Origin: Eledone cirrhosa
Taxonomy: Eukaryota
Assembly (NCBI GenBank): GCA_964016885.1
Contig: OZ024756.1
Span: forward strand, 36,890,001 to 36,954,000
Direction of reading: 5' to 3'
DNA length: 64,000 nt
Part shown: piece by piece, positions 13,033 through 27,635 of the stretch
Layout of the letters: each line of letters begins with the position of its first letter
How positions within the stretch are numbered: position 1 is the stretch's first letter
The notes under the pieces: model-generated
What the model was told of the DNA's origin: nothing
Seen by the model: only the letters and a program-made list of their open reading frames with translations
Database searches by the model: none
Made by a program: the position numbers and the translations under genes

Positions 13033-13624
13033 CACACACATACACATTAAAGCTTATGCAGCAGCCACATAAAGAATACTCTACCCCTTTTCTTCTTCCT
13101 CCCCCCCTCTCCCTAGATAAAAGAGGTGGGGTTGGGGTGGGACAGGACAGCAGTGTGGTTCATCATTTGTTATATATATATATAGTCATGCAAGCTAGCA
13201 CTTCCAGCTGGTCCACAGCTCACTTGTGCCTCCACCTCCTCCTTCTCTTCATCCTTCTTCTCCTGTTTATCTTCATCTCCTCCTCTTCATCTCCTCCTCT
13301 TCCTACTCCTCTCTAGTCTGCCTTTCTTCCATTGTCGGTTCAGTTTTATTTATTTTATTATAATTTTTTTTTTTTTTACGTAAGTGTGTTTAAATGATGG
13401 TGATGATGATGATGACTTCTTGTGTCGGTAGGGTACTAAGCCTGACAGAGAATCAGAGAGATAGGTATCCAAATGCATGGCCCAATGGTTAGAGTGAGTG
13501 TTGGGTGTCACAATCATAAGGTTGTGGGGTTCAATTTCTAGACTGGGCAGCATGTTGTGTTCTTGAACTAGATGCTTTATTTTATGTTGCTTTACCTGTT
13601 AGATTTGGCTCCCCTATCTTTAAA

Positions 13625-13772
13625 ACAGGCGGTAAGGCGTTGGATAGAATACTTCATAGTATTCGTCCCGCCTCAATGCACCCTCTGAGTTCAAATCCCG
13701 CCAGGGTCAACTTTTCCTGTCATCCTTTCGAGGTTGATACAAAAAAGTACCAGTCCAGTACTGGGGTCGATT
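13625..13772 (+). mobile_element. SINE, same family as 11445; more decayed copies at ~8900-9090 and ~14120-14540
   Basis: GAGTTCAAATCCCGCC...CATCCTTTCGAGGTTGATA..AAGTACCAG. Confidence 0.7.
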
Positions 13773-14540
13773 CTTCCTCTATAGAAAAAAATCAGCTGTG
13801 TTCAGACCTGGTGTGGGTTGGGCTCCGCCAGGTTTAAATGTGCCCTAGACAGACCGTTTGACGGTGCCTCTATGACTCCACAAGGAGTTCTGAGATCTTT
13901 ATCCCTTTAAAACACTCAAGAAACCTCCTCTGAACTACAACCTCATAGGAGGCCAGCTACACCTACAGAGGTGTGAACTGTAACTTTAATTTTTTTAATT
14001 TTTTCATTATATCTATTACTGAGGCAGGGAAATTAAGATTTTGTGACAGTCTTCATGCCTTTCTTAAAACACTAGTAACAAACTCCTGTCTTTTCTTTTT
14101 CCTTTGCTCTTCTGTTGCAAAATGGCAGATTCGGTAGGGCATTGGATTAAAATACTTCATAGTATTTGTTCAGGCTCATTGCATTCTTTTCTGAGTTCAA
14201 ATTCTGCCATTGATAACTTTCAAGTTCTGCCATGGATAACTTTGTCTTTCATCCTATCAGGGGGTCAATGAATGAAGTAATAGACCAGGGGAAATAGATT
14301 GTTGGAATTGTTGGAGCATGGTATTAAATGCTTCAGTATTTGTTCCAGCTCACTGGTCAACTTTACCTGTCATCTTTTTTGGAGGCTTGATAAAGTTATA
14401 TAGAGTTTAGGAGCAATGGATTGGCAATATCTGTTAAAGTGTCATTCAAGCTGTTTTGGGGACTCTGATCCATCACTCTGTCTTCTGTGTTCAAATCCTG
14501 TCGAAACAAGTTTGCCTTTTATCCTTGTGGGGGTTATTAA

Positions 14541-14756
14541 TTAACCCCTTAGCATTTACATTACTCTATATATTATACTATTGTATTTTCGCGGTAAAGC
14601 TTTTATCTCATAATATCGAATCTATGAGATTTTGATATTATTTATTTTGAGAGCAAAATCTTAACATCAGTATGATTGACTAGTTACAGCCGGTTTGAAC
14701 AGAAAGGGGTGAGAGAATTCTGGCCGGATATGGCCGGTTTAAATGCTAAAGGATTA
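14541..14756. mobile_element. piggyBac-like MITE, near full length
   Basis: TIR CCCTTAGCATTTA / TAAATGCTAAAGG, TTAA at the left end. Confidence 0.7.
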
Positions 14757-16587
14757 TTAAATGAAGTACTACTCCAGAGCAAGATAGATTGTTAGAATTG
14801 CTAAAGAATCAGACGTGATGCTTTGCAGTATCTGATTGTGCTCTGTGCATTCTGAGTTCAAATCCTAACTCCTCTTACCAGGATTTGTCCCTTGTAGATA
14901 GTTTAGTGCCAGCAATGGAAAGCCCAATGAAAGTAGTGTTTCTTTGGTCCAATCTCATGATTAGCTCCTTTCTCTGTTCTGTTTTTCACATATTACAAAA
15001 AAATAATTTTTTTCCCTGTCATCATCTCTTTTCATCATCTTCAGTCTTCGATGTAATAGATTTCTATTTTGAAACAAAGGGTTTCATCTTCCTATTTAAT
15101 AGCTGTGTGTGTGTGTGTGTGTGTGTGGCCTAGAGGTTAGGGTGTAAGACTCATAAGCATAAAATCGTGGATTCGGCTCCTGGGCAAGGCAGCGCATTGT
15201 TATATTAAGCAAGACATTTCACTTGATGGTGTTTTCTATGATAGGACTAGAGTCCCTTTGATTAAAACACCCAAGAAACCTGTGGTATTCACCTTGAAGG
15301 AGGCAAGTTAATCTTGTGTGGGTGTAAACTGTAAATTCCGCTTTTTTCTTTTTAGATTTTAAATGTGTGTGTGCATGTGTTTATATGTGCATGAGTATGT
15401 GTGTGTAAAGGCAACAAATTGACAAAGTCGTTAACATGTAGAATTAAAACACTTTGCGGTATTTTTTCTAACTCTGTGTGTGCTCTGAGTGGAAATCTCA
15501 CTGAGCAAAGTCAACTTCGCCTTTTAATGTGGTTGGGGATGGAAGTTGATAAGCAATGTACCACTCATGTGGGAGACTTACATGCATGAGTTGAGTGTGG
15601 GTCTCCTATTAAAAGCACCTTTTCCTCAGGCTTGTGCCTTGGAGAGGAACTTACCAGATGCAAAACCACCCATAGCTGTTCATAACTGAAGAGGGAGGAC
15701 TTTAAAGTTGGTGGTGGAGGTAGCCTCAAGTAGTGGTAAGGTTTTGGTGTAAAGGAGACCTTCAGGCTAAACTATAAAGTAATTCAGTGCCTGCTGTAAT
15801 AGTTGACCAAATCTTTCAGCCATCTTAGGTTTTAGAAGTACTAGTAAGTTCTATTCTTGCATACTATTGACTATTGTGAGCTGCCCTCTACACCACTTTT
15901 TTTTTTTTTTACTAACAAAGGCCCATGTTACTTAAACACAAGAATCCATCATAATCATCATCATAATCATCATCATCAACCACTACAATTTAGAAATGGA
16001 TTGCAAGCATGCACGCACACATATATATGTATATATATATAATCTGCATATGTGCCTGTCTGTAATAAATAAATAAATAAATATATATATATATATAATA
16101 TATATGTATATGTAAAATTTGTTTGTGTATATGCCTAAGTAAATTATGTACACACACGCATGCACATATGTATTTGTGTCTGTGTGCATAGGTAAATTAT
16201 ATACATGTACGATAGACAGGTGTGTGTATGTGTGTGTCAGTGTAAGTTAAAAGTCTGTGTGACTGAAGTTTGTGCCAATTTCCACCTGTCACCTAGCATA
16301 ACAATTCACCTGTAACAAACTATCTTCTGTGAAGGTTTCTATCTTAATACACACGTGTGTGTGTATGTATATGTGTTGTGTGTGTTTATATATATATAGA
16401 GAGAGAGAGAGGCAGACGCTTATACACACGTGTATGTATATGTGTTATGTGTGTGTATATATATATAGAGAGAGAGAGAGGCAGACACTTATACACACGT
16501 GTGTGTGTGTATGTGTATATATATATATGTATATATATACACACCCAAACAGGCACCTATACACGTGCGTATATGTATGTTTGTATG

Positions 16588-16627
<40 letters not shown>

Positions 16628-16661
16628 CAGACAGACACCTATGCACACTTGTGTATGTATG

Positions 16662-16694
<33 letters not shown>

Positions 16695-17422
16695 GACAGA
16701 CAGACACCTCTACACGTGTGTATATGTATGCATGTATACATACAGGTAGATATATTAAAGGCTGTGAGGACAACTGCTGTAGACTGTTTCTTTTAAACCC
16801 CTTGTCTACGTACCTAGCTACCTAGCTATTACACTCATCATCCTCCAATACACACCACCGCCATCACTACACACCACCACCACCGCCACACACATACACA
16901 GTTTTACTTCTGTCTTTTTCTCTTTTTTTACTTTTTCTTTTTCTTTTACAGAAATCAAATTAGAATTAGCTATTTATGGTGTCAAATACGGGGAGGGGGG
17001 GACTGGGGTTGACCCCAAGGGATAGGGGTTGGGTGGGACTGGGAGGGTTGGGGTTGTGTTACCAGGGAAGTGCTGGGTAGAGGGAGATACTTTTTGTTTT
17101 ATACCTCTTTTTTTTTTTTTTTTTTTCATGTTTGCTATTGGCCATTGTTGGTGGCATCTCACATATTTGTCACACACACACACACACACACATACATACA
17201 CACACATTCACACACACATTGACCTACACTAACATCTATCTATATATATGTAAATATATATATGTGTGTATATGTATATATGTATAAGTATATGTATATA
17301 TATGTGTATATATATATATATATATGTGTGTGTATATATTGTTTTTTTGAATTTTTAAATTCATTAAAAAGAAAATAATAATGATAATAGAAGAAAAAAG
17401 ATGAACTTATTATGATTATCAC

Positions 17423-17464
<42 letters not shown>

Positions 17465-17844
17465 GGATGATTTCTTTGTGCATGTCCGTGAGTGTTTGAG
17501 TATATGCATGTATTTGTGTGTGTGTGTGTGTATCTGTCTGTATGTAAGAGCATGTACATATGTATTTGTGATTCGCGTGTGGATGTGTGTGTGTATGTGA
17601 GCATGTACATATGTTTTTGTGTGTGCGTGGTGTGTGTGTGTATGTATATGTATGAGCATGTACATATGTATTTATGCAACTAATATATATATACCCGGAA
17701 GTGTAAGTTGGTTTGGTTATGGACGGTGGGGATAATTTTCTAAAAATAAATTGTGCATTATCATTATTTGCTGTTGTTGTTTGTGATTTCTTTTGTATTA
17801 TTATTGTTTCTTTGCTCAGCTTCTAATGCTGGAGATGTATTATA

Positions 17845-18110
17845 ATTGTTTCTACTCTTGGCACAGGTCCAGAAATTACTCAGTACATTACTGGTACTTT
17901 ATTTTATCGACTGTATTATAATTGTTTCTACTTTAGGCGCAAAGCCAGCAATTACCCAGTGCATTACTGGTACTTTATTTTATCGACCCCGTAAGGATGA
18001 AAGGCAAAGTCAACCTCGGCGGGATTTGAACTCAGATCGTAAAGGGTCGTAACTATGTTGGAAAGCATGGTGTCTGACCCTCTACCGATACTGCCAATCC
18101 ACCGCCCTTA
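17845..18110 (-). mobile_element. Nin/Deu-like SINE: one full copy plus an adjacent 3' fragment
   Basis: Reverse complement of the 11445 SINE family. Confidence 0.85.
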
Positions 18111-18124
18111 CATCGACTGTATTA

Positions 18125-18535
18125 TAATGTTAGTTGTTCACTACCAGTGAACTGAGGTAACCCCTTATTTTTCCAGTACCCTCCGGAGTATTCGAGCTGT
18201 TCCAAGCAATGCTTTTCTTTTTTTTTTTTGTAAGTGTTCCATCTGTATTGCAATCTCTTTGTTTTAATGTACTTCTCAAGATCTTTACTCAATGTTACCA
18301 AGACTCCAACTATTATTGGTATTACTATCACCTTTTTCAGAGACCACAACTGCTTAATCTCCTAAGCTAACCTGTCATATCTATCATGTTTACTCTTACT
18401 TTATCGTATACCTTGAATCAGCTGGACAGGCTGTAACTATGATCCAGCACTGTTTACTTTCTTTCTCAATACAATATCTGGTCTCCTACGTTCAATTTCA
18501 TGGTCACACTGTATCACAGGATCCCACAGGATCTA
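18125..18535 (-). mobile_element. Degenerate non-LTR retrotransposon fragment, R4/Dong-like restriction-like endonuclease region
   Basis: Minus strand gives ILWDPVIQCDHEIERRRPDIV / EKESKQCWII / EIKQLWSLKKVIVIPIIVG / LGTARILRRVL across frameshifts, typical of the R4-clade C-terminus. Confidence 0.75.
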
Positions 18536-20424
18536 TAGTGTTTCTAGGGCATTTTTTTAGCCTGGCGAAACCCATCCCTCTCCAGGCCTGGGTACAACAG
18601 ATTTCTTCCAAAGAAGGATAGAAAGTGAAAAAGAGATATAGAGGAAGAATCGACCCCTATATTTGACTGCTCCTGATATTAACAAGCAAATGGCTGAGCT
18701 TTCAACAGACATGTTTACTCTTAACATAGTTCTCAGGGAGATTCAGCTTGATGTATAATAAAGCCAGCCTTTTGAAATACAGGTACAACTGGAAATAAAG
18801 TGTCTTGCTGATGGATACAGCGTGCTGTTAGGAATTGAACTCACAATCTTAGGATTGTTAGCTGAATACAGCTTAACCACTAAGCCATGCACCTATTTTA
18901 TAATTAGTCCCTAAATCTACTACCAGACATTGAAATCTAATCTTATGGTTATTTCATGATTCTTGGAGGATGGCGCGAGATGGACTAAAAGAGTAGAGCC
19001 CAACTGGTAGGGTTTATTCTTGTGGAGGGCGATCTCTGTTTCAATTCCAATCGAAAAGATAAGAGGAATGGTTTGGTGACCTTAGAATGGCAGATGTTTC
19101 TACAGCTATGGGCTGGACAAGAAGCCAGTCCAGCTTAGCTCGTTCTTGCAGTCTCCATGTCGATCAAAATGAGGTAGGGAGGTGGTTCAGGGAACCCAGA
19201 TATTTTCACCTTTATGGGTTCAATAAAGGACCAGTCTGTCCTGATCCCAGTTATTAAGAAGGTGGTTCGGGATGATTAGGATGGCAAATATTTCCACCTC
19301 AGCTTTAACAAGAAGCCAGTCCACCTTGTGAGACTCCTTGTGGATGGCCATCTCCATCCCAATAAAATTGAGTAGGGAATTGGTTTGGAAACTCCAGAAT
19401 GTTTGTCTCCACTGCTACAGATATGATGAGAAACTCAGAGCGATTCCAAGCATCAGCTTCAAGATTTCAACATCATTGTTTGACGTCCATTTTCCATGCT
19501 AGCATGGGTTCGACAGGTTGTTCTGTTGTGAGAGATCAGGTCAGAGGACTGTGTTTCGTTCACACACAACTGATTCTAGCTTGTTTCTACAGCTGGATGC
19601 CCTTCCTAACACTAACCACATTTTTTTCACACTCCATTTTAATTATTTAATGAAATAATAATTTTAATAAATTCCTCAAAATTATTCATTATTAAGATAG
19701 TAACTTAACAATATGGTTTTTATATAAAAAAAAAAATTCTAATATAAATAGGAACCCTTTAAAAGGTTTTTTTTTTTTTTTTTTTTTTTTTCATAGAATC
19801 AGGACCAGGGTTGATATCAAAAGGGTTAAATTAGTGTTTGGAAGATAACATATGATTCTTATAGAAAAACTATATTGGAACATTTTAATTTAAACAGGAA
19901 GCCATTACAATGAGCGGTTTTGTTTTGTAGAACCAGGGTCAGTTTTGGCTGAGTTTGTATGAAGAGGGTTAACACTTTTGATATGAAGTCCTCTGAAAGA
20001 GCCCCCCATGATACCAAACTGTTCATTTTAAAATGTTTATCATCATCATCATCATTTTACATCTCCATTTTCATTATTTGAAAAATATAGGCAGTGTCTT
20101 TCATTAGAAATATAGTAACGGAAGAATTAAACAAAACTAAATGAGATTACGGTGAAATTTCAATGTGAAGGAATGAAAGATAAGAAGAATTGTAAGAGAT
20201 ATTCTACTGTGTCGATTCACGGTACCATTTCAGAGTCTTTTACATGATTTCGACTGAAACATTAGTGTAATGGTAAACAGGAATATACTCCCATGTGAAC
20301 TATGACAGTAACACAACCACCATCACCATCAGTGCCACTACAACAATGGCTACTAATATCATTGCAGCCACTGCTACCACCACCATCAAAATAACATATG
20401 AGGTGGTGGTGGTGGTGGTGGTCA

Positions 20425-20950
20425 TTTTTACATCTGGCCTGGGTCTTTTACCAGGTGTAAGAGCCTATATTTTACATCTGGCCTCAGCCTATTACCATTG
20501 TTAGGGAGCCTATATTTCACATCTGGTCTCGGCCCATTAGCAGTTTTAGGGAGCTTACATTTCGCATTTGGCTTTGGTCTGTTACCAACTTTAGTGAGCC
20601 TACATTTTTCTACATCTAGCTCTGTATATTACCAGCTTTAGTGAGCCTACATTTTTCTATTTAGCTCTGTCTATTAGCAGTTTTCATCTGGCTTCAGCTT
20701 ATTAGCACCATTAGGGAGCCTACATTTCACATCTGGCTTTGGCCTATTTGCACCTTTAGGGAGCCTATATTTTACATCTGGTCTGGCTCTATGAGCAGCT
20801 TTAGGGAGCCTACATTTCACATCTGGCATGCGTATATTAGCAACTTTAGAGAGCCTACATTTCACATCTGGTGTGGGCCTATTAGCAGCTTTAGGGAGCC
20901 TATATTTTACATCTAGCTTCAGCCTATTAGCAGCTTTAGGGAGCCTACAG
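20425..20950. repeat. ~43-bp tandem repeat (TTTACATCTGGCTTCAGCCTATTAGCAGCTTTAGGGAGCCTACAT), about 12 diverged copies
   Basis: Periodic GGAGCCTACAT / CATCTGG motifs. Confidence 0.9.
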
Positions 20951-21304
20951 CTTGGACTTGTTATTAGCTATGCACTAGCCTGTTCAAAGTTCCAACATTG
21001 TCATACACAGTGTCATGTTGACTCAGTCTGAGAATTATATTAAAAGTACATGTGCCTGTAACTTAGTCACTAAACTCTCCATTTGTAGATCGATCGACAA
21101 ATGGTTTAGTAATCATAGAAAGCGACGGAGGTCCATTTACCTATATTTTTGTATGTCTGTCGTTATTTTGTTATATGTATGTGTGTGTCGGTATTCGTTT
21201 ATGAAAGCGTACATGTATGTGTGTGTGTATATATATATCCATATATATATAATAGTAATAAACGAAAGATATATACTTTATATCATTATTTATTTCATTA
21301 TTTC

Positions 21305-21430
21305 AAACTCTGAGTTCAAATCCCGCCAAGGTTAACTTTGCCTTTCATCCTTACGGGGTCGATAAAATAAAGTACCAGTAATGCACTGGGTGATTGCTGG
21401 CCTTGTGCCTAACGTAGAAACAATTATTTA
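21305..21430 (+). mobile_element. Nin/Deu-like SINE, 5'-truncated
   Basis: Matches the core and tail of the 11445 copy. Confidence 0.85.
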
Positions 21431-21746
21431 TTTCATTATATATATATTTCGGGGATGCAAAAAATCTACCATCACCGCCGCCGATATCAACACTACAACC
21501 ACCACCACCACTGCCATCACCACCGCCGCCGCCGCCACTACGACCACCGTCACCACCACCACCACTGCCATCACTACCACCGCCGCCGCCGCCACTACGA
21601 CCACCGTCACCACCACCACTGCCATCACTACCACCACCGCCGCCGCCACTACGACCACCGTCACCACCACCAATAGTCGTCTCTGTCCATTCAACTCTCC
21701 GCCAGACGTAAACATTACCTGTTGTCTCTGATGACGTCATGCATAC

Positions 21747-21844
<98 letters not shown>

Positions 21845-22074
21845 CTCTCTTTCTCCGCCTGTCTGTCCGTTTGTCTCTCAGCCCTCCCCCCTCTCTCTCT
21901 ATCTCTCTTTGTGTCACTCTGTTATTCTCTTTATTCCTTTTTCTAATACTATCTGTCTCTCTCCCCTCCCGCTCACTCTCTACCCCCCCCCCCCTCTCTC
22001 TATCTCTCTCCGTCAGTCTATCGATTTTCCTTCTCCTTTCACCCTGTCTATCTCAACATAGATGTCCCTTTTCT

Positions 22075-22490
22075 TAGATAGATACATAGATAAACAGAGA
22101 CAGATAGATAGATAGATACAAACAGAGATAGATAGATAGATAGATAAACAGATAGATAGATGGATAGATACATAGATAAACAGAGATAGATACATAGATA
22201 AACAGAGACAGATAGATAGATAGATACAAACAGAGATAGATAGATAGATAGATAAACAGATAGATAGATGGATAGATACATAGATAAACAGAGATAGATA
22301 CATAGATAAACAGAGACAGATAGATAGATAGATACAAACAGAGATAGATAGATAGATAGATAGATAAACAGATAGATAGATGGATAGATACATAGATAAA
22401 CAGAGATAGATAGATAGATAGATACATAGATAAACAGAGATAGATAGATAGATATACAGAACATATAGACAGACAGACAAACAAACAAGA
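22075..22490. repeat. Compound (GATA)n satellite with higher-order duplication
   Basis: Visible in sequence. Confidence 0.9.
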
Positions 22491-22554
22491 TGGATATATT
22501 GAAGATACCGGAATTTATAAACAGCCGGTAATTATATCTCTCTATCTATCTATC

Positions 22555-22589
<35 letters not shown>

Positions 22590-22594
<5 letters not shown>

Positions 22595-22781
22595 AAAAAG
22601 TATGACCCTGACGGCAGAGCTCAAGCCGTTTCGACGGCTATTTCTGGATAGAAATAGCCGTAGAAACGGCTTGAGCTCTGCCGTCGGGGTCATACTTTTT
22701 CCTATTTCCCACTCTACTACCCTAAGTATTGAGTACTCTGGTGCGTTATGGTCCACCTGGTTCCTTACCACAATTCCTTTG

Positions 22782-22785
<4 letters not shown>
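22590..22785 (+). mobile_element. Hairpin+tail element in (TA)n (family A); Penelope-like terminal remnant with the 3' half of a hammerhead
   Basis: ~56-bp inverted arms at 22590-22705 plus an ~80-bp tail shared with the other family A copies. Confidence 0.75.
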
Positions 22786-22816
<31 letters not shown>

Positions 22817-22845
22817 CATATATATATATACACATATATATATAT

Positions 22846-22917
<72 letters not shown>

Positions 22918-24330
22918 TATATATATACAGTATATATATATATATATATGCATATATATATACAGTATATATATATATATATGCATATATATATATATAT
23001 GCATATATATATATATATATATACACAGTATATATATACAGTATATATATATATATATATATACAGTATATATATATATATATATATAAATATATATTAT
23101 ACATGTGTGTGTATGTAATATATATGTATATAAAAGGCAAACAGAAATAACAAAGCAAACGACAACACAGTGACATTCTCCTAGCTTCAATAGAAATGTC
23201 TAAGAGAACGCCCTCTCCGAGAAATAACAGCTATCTCTTTATCAAACCAGAGACATTGCAAATGGTTGTTTCTGGATCACTTGGTCTTGTAGTTGAGAGT
23301 CTTTGCAGTGTTATGCAGGCTGTTACTGACTCTAGATGCCTGCAAGGCGAGCATTGCTGACAGCCGTAATCTGTACCATTATTGTGGTATTTATGCAAAT
23401 TTATGCAAGTTCCTAGCTACTGCAGGATTCACAATCACCACCGGTAGAGACATTATTTGTCAGTTACTGACGGTCTTATTCGTCATTTGTCAACAGTCAT
23501 CACAAACGTGTATATATATATGTATATATATATATATAAATAGCTTAGAGTTTAGACTCAAAGAGGTCATTTACAATCATTTCAGCTCTAGGAATCGCTT
23601 CTGAGCAGTATAAATTAATATTTGATGAACATTTACATGTTATAGTTGCAATTGACTAATAAGATCGCTAGAGTGAAAAATCTTAATTCAACAACATAAG
23701 GTCTGCCTGTACGATCTAGAAAATAATAAATCAATACTCACAGACTCATATGGGCAAAAAGCCTTGGTACCTAGACACGTTTAAAATTCAAAATACAAAC
23801 TTTTTCCGCAGATCGGTCAGAACTTCAAACTTCAAACATGTTTCACAAAGGATGGTATAATAGTAAAATAATTAACTAATTAGCAGTGAGTTAATCAACT
23901 TTTTCTGTGTTTATCAATAGGTACCCAGATAAAATAAAATAACTCTACCTCAGAAAAATATCTAAGGTCTGGTTAGCGTAGCGAAAATACACGAGGTTTT
24001 GCACACGGCTTATTCCAGTCCTCTAACGTCCCACACATAGTGCTAGAAATAACAGCCGTTTGTATGGGATTACAAAATTCAGCTCACCTGGGGGAGCAGT
24101 GATAAATAGCTTAGAGTTTAGACTCCATGGGGTCATTTACAATCATTTCAGCTCTAGGAATCGCTTCTTGCCCATATGAGTCTGTGAGTATTGATTTATT
24201 ATTTTTTTAGATCGTACAGGCAGACTTTATGTTGTTGAATTAAGATTTTTCACTCTAGCGATCTTATTAGTCAATTGCAACTAAAACATGTAAATGTTCA
24301 TCAAATATTAATTTATATATATATATATAT

Positions 24331-24550
24331 ATAGGAAAAGTGCCAGGACCCCGACAGCTGAGTTCCGGCCGTTTCGACAGCTAGGTCTGAAATAGATACA
24401 TAGATACAGAGTTCAGACCTAGCTGTCGAAACGGCCGGAGCTCAGCCGTCGGGGTCCTGGCACTTTTCCTATTACCCACTCTACTACCCAGTATCGAGTA
24501 CTCTGGTGAGTTATGGTCCACCTGGTTACTTACCACACTTTCTTCGTTTT
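24331..24550 (+). mobile_element. Family A hairpin+tail element, divergent subfamily
   Basis: Inverted arms with a 20-nt loop, same tail, TA flanks. Confidence 0.75.
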
Positions 24551-24562
24551 ATATATATATAT

Positions 24563-24831
<269 letters not shown>

Positions 24832-24890
24832 CTATAAGAATAAAGGAACAAAGAGTCAGTGTTGCATCATAACATATTTAATAACATTTA

Positions 24891-24978
24891 ATATTACATA
24901 TGTTTCACTGTCGATCAGCTCGAGGAACGATCTATTACTGATCGAACCTGACTCTGGAATCGAAAGATCCTCAGATAT
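24891..24978 (-). ncRNA. Minimal type I hammerhead ribozyme motif
   Basis: Minus strand: ATAT-CTGAGGA-(TTCGAT...ATCGAC)-GAAAC-ATAT-GTA-ATAT. Base of stem II is imperfect. Confidence 0.6.
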
Positions 24979-24984
24979 GCCTCC

Positions 24985-25021
<37 letters not shown>

Positions 25022-25061
25022 TTCAAAATATTAACAAAATAGATATTCTTGTGATTAATTA

Positions 25062-25128
25062 TATTTTATTATACATATTTCAGAGGTACTGAGTTAAGTT
25101 CAACAGTACGTCCTCATCAGATAAAATA
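25062..25128 (-). ncRNA. Minimal type I hammerhead ribozyme motif
   Basis: Minus strand: TATTTTAT-CTGATGA-GGACGTACTG..CAGTACCTCT-GAAAT-ATGT-ATA-ATAAAATA. Perfect 8-bp stem I. Confidence 0.75.
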
Positions 25129-25442
25129 AAATGATACATGACATACCCTGACATATTAGATGGTTAAGATTTAGTCATGGTAGTGATTAGCTTATGACAA
25201 AACTCAATATTTATACCCTAATATTGAGAAGATGAGATAACATAATATAAACAATAGAGAGGGTGTGTGTAATATAGTTTAAGAGATACATTGCATCAAT
25301 ATAACAGTTATAAAATTTTTAATTTTAAAAGCTACTGGAGAAAGAGGAGGGAAAGGAAAGCATAGAGGAAGAAATAGCTGATGTGATAATATATTTAGTA
25401 GGTGACTTGAAAGAACGGATGCATTGAACTTTGTTTAACTTT

Positions 25443-25490
<48 letters not shown>

Positions 25491-26148
25491 TGATAAACTT
25501 AGGACAATTAAAAAAGAGGGACAAGACGACGAACGAAAACAATTTTTTAAAGGGAAAACCTTAAAAAATATAGACAGTCGATCGACTTTCGTCAAATCGG
25601 ACCGAGGAAACAATGTTTCCATTGGCCTTTCTAATTGTTAATACTCTCCATCGGTCGCAACTCCAGGTAGAAAAAGCAACGTAAAATAAAATGTCGTGCC
25701 CAATGACACAACGCATCACACGGCCCGGGAATTGAAGTCACAACCTAACGATGCCGAAGCCAATTCTCTAACCACTCAGCCACACACCCTCACATAAAAA
25801 AATATGTAATATATATATATAGATGAATTTCTCCGGTATTTTAATGACAGGGGCCACATCTTTTTACTATCCCGTTCTTACTCACTGACCCTACATAAAA
25901 AAAAAACAACTCGATAGTCCTCGCAATTGTCAAGGGGTGGTATCGAACAAGAGGAAGAGGCCTGCCAAAAATGTGAAGAAAACGAGAGAGAGTGAAGATA
26001 TAAAACTTTTTATTAATGTCTTCTATCTGGGAGTAAATCTTTGTGTGACATATTTTACTGTCAAAGACATGTAATGAAAGATTTAATCTAAAGTTATGAA
26101 ACAGCCGAACGTGTTGTGTTGTCTACGTTTGTGTGGGTTTGTATGTAA

Positions 26149-26244
<96 letters not shown>

Positions 26245-26289
26245 GTAGATATACATATATACGTAAATATATGTATATCTATATCTATC

Positions 26290-26321
<32 letters not shown>

Positions 26322-26627
26322 AGCAATAAACTAGAAATATAATGATTTAATATAGACGTGTACTTAAATACGATGCCATAATATTTATTACAGCTTATAT
26401 ATATAATACAGACACACATACACATACATACACACATACACACATACATACACACGCACACATTTATCTATATTCCGATATTAACACAAGCAGTGTAAAT
26501 ATATATATATATATATAGCAATATAAAATATAGCGTATTTAAATATATAATCCTCTGAGATATTCTTTGTTGGGTATCTGATCTTAATATACAATATAAC
26601 ACTCCGCTCACCCCCACCCCCACACAC

Positions 26628-26658
<31 letters not shown>

Positions 26659-26731
26659 TGTATATGTATGTAAGTATTGATATTATTTATAAGCATATAT
26701 CTATATGTATGTGTGTATGTATGTATCTCTT

Positions 26732-26766
<35 letters not shown>

Positions 26767-26860
26767 GTGTGTGTGTGTATGTGTGTGAGCTGTGCGTCGG
26801 AGGAGTAAAATCAAAAGCCACCCGTGTCACAACCCACGTTGAACAAATGAGTGCACAATA

Positions 26861-26919
26861 GCTGTCTGATGAGGTCGAATCTATTACATAATAGATACTA
26901 TTGAAACGTATATAACAAT
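26861..26919 (+). ncRNA. Degenerate minimal hammerhead motif
   Basis: GCTGT-CTGATGA-(ATCTATT..AATAGAT)-GAAAC-GTAT-ATA-ACAAT, with mismatches in stems I and III. Confidence 0.45.
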
Positions 26920-26980
26920 AAATGATGTAAGATTTAAATATCTGACTTCTTGATTTTTTTCAATATTCTCTCTCACTCAC

Positions 26981-27098
<118 letters not shown>

Positions 27099-27478
27099 AA
27101 AAATGGCGTTGTTGCGGATGTGATACATATGAATTAAAAAATAGAGTAAGAAGCCAAGACCATCCGTCATCAGTGATCTTCTGGCCATCATAGATATTTC
27201 TTCGCATTAAAGATCATATACCTCAGGCCAGTGCGAGCAATAACTAAATAAAGTTATTGGGATAAAAAGAATTGGGTGGAGAAAGAGAGACATGTGAACA
27301 AACAAGAATGGTAAGGCAACGTAAAGGGGGGAAAAATCAAGTCAGTGATACAAGTGAACATAAGATCTGGCGAATCATTGACGAGGAGACGAAAGACGCA
27401 ATATATATACTGAAATAAAAGTTAAGTGGAAGTATCGAAGAGTAATAGCATTCAGTCCATAGGACGAGTTTAGTATAA

Positions 27479-27635
27479 ATAATTACAACAGTGACATAAA
27501 CAGGTACTCAAGTTTTATTGGGTTCTGGGCCCCAATTTCTTCAGCCTGTCATGATATTTCTCATGACAAGCTGAAGAAATTGGGGCTCAGAACCCAACGA
27601 AACTTGAGTACCTGTTTATGTCACTGTTGTAATTA

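Noticed and set aside
27100-27180. Minus-strand CTGATGA followed by a CGGATG/CATCCG stem
   Set aside because: No GAAA and no stem I partner; at best a badly decayed hammerhead.
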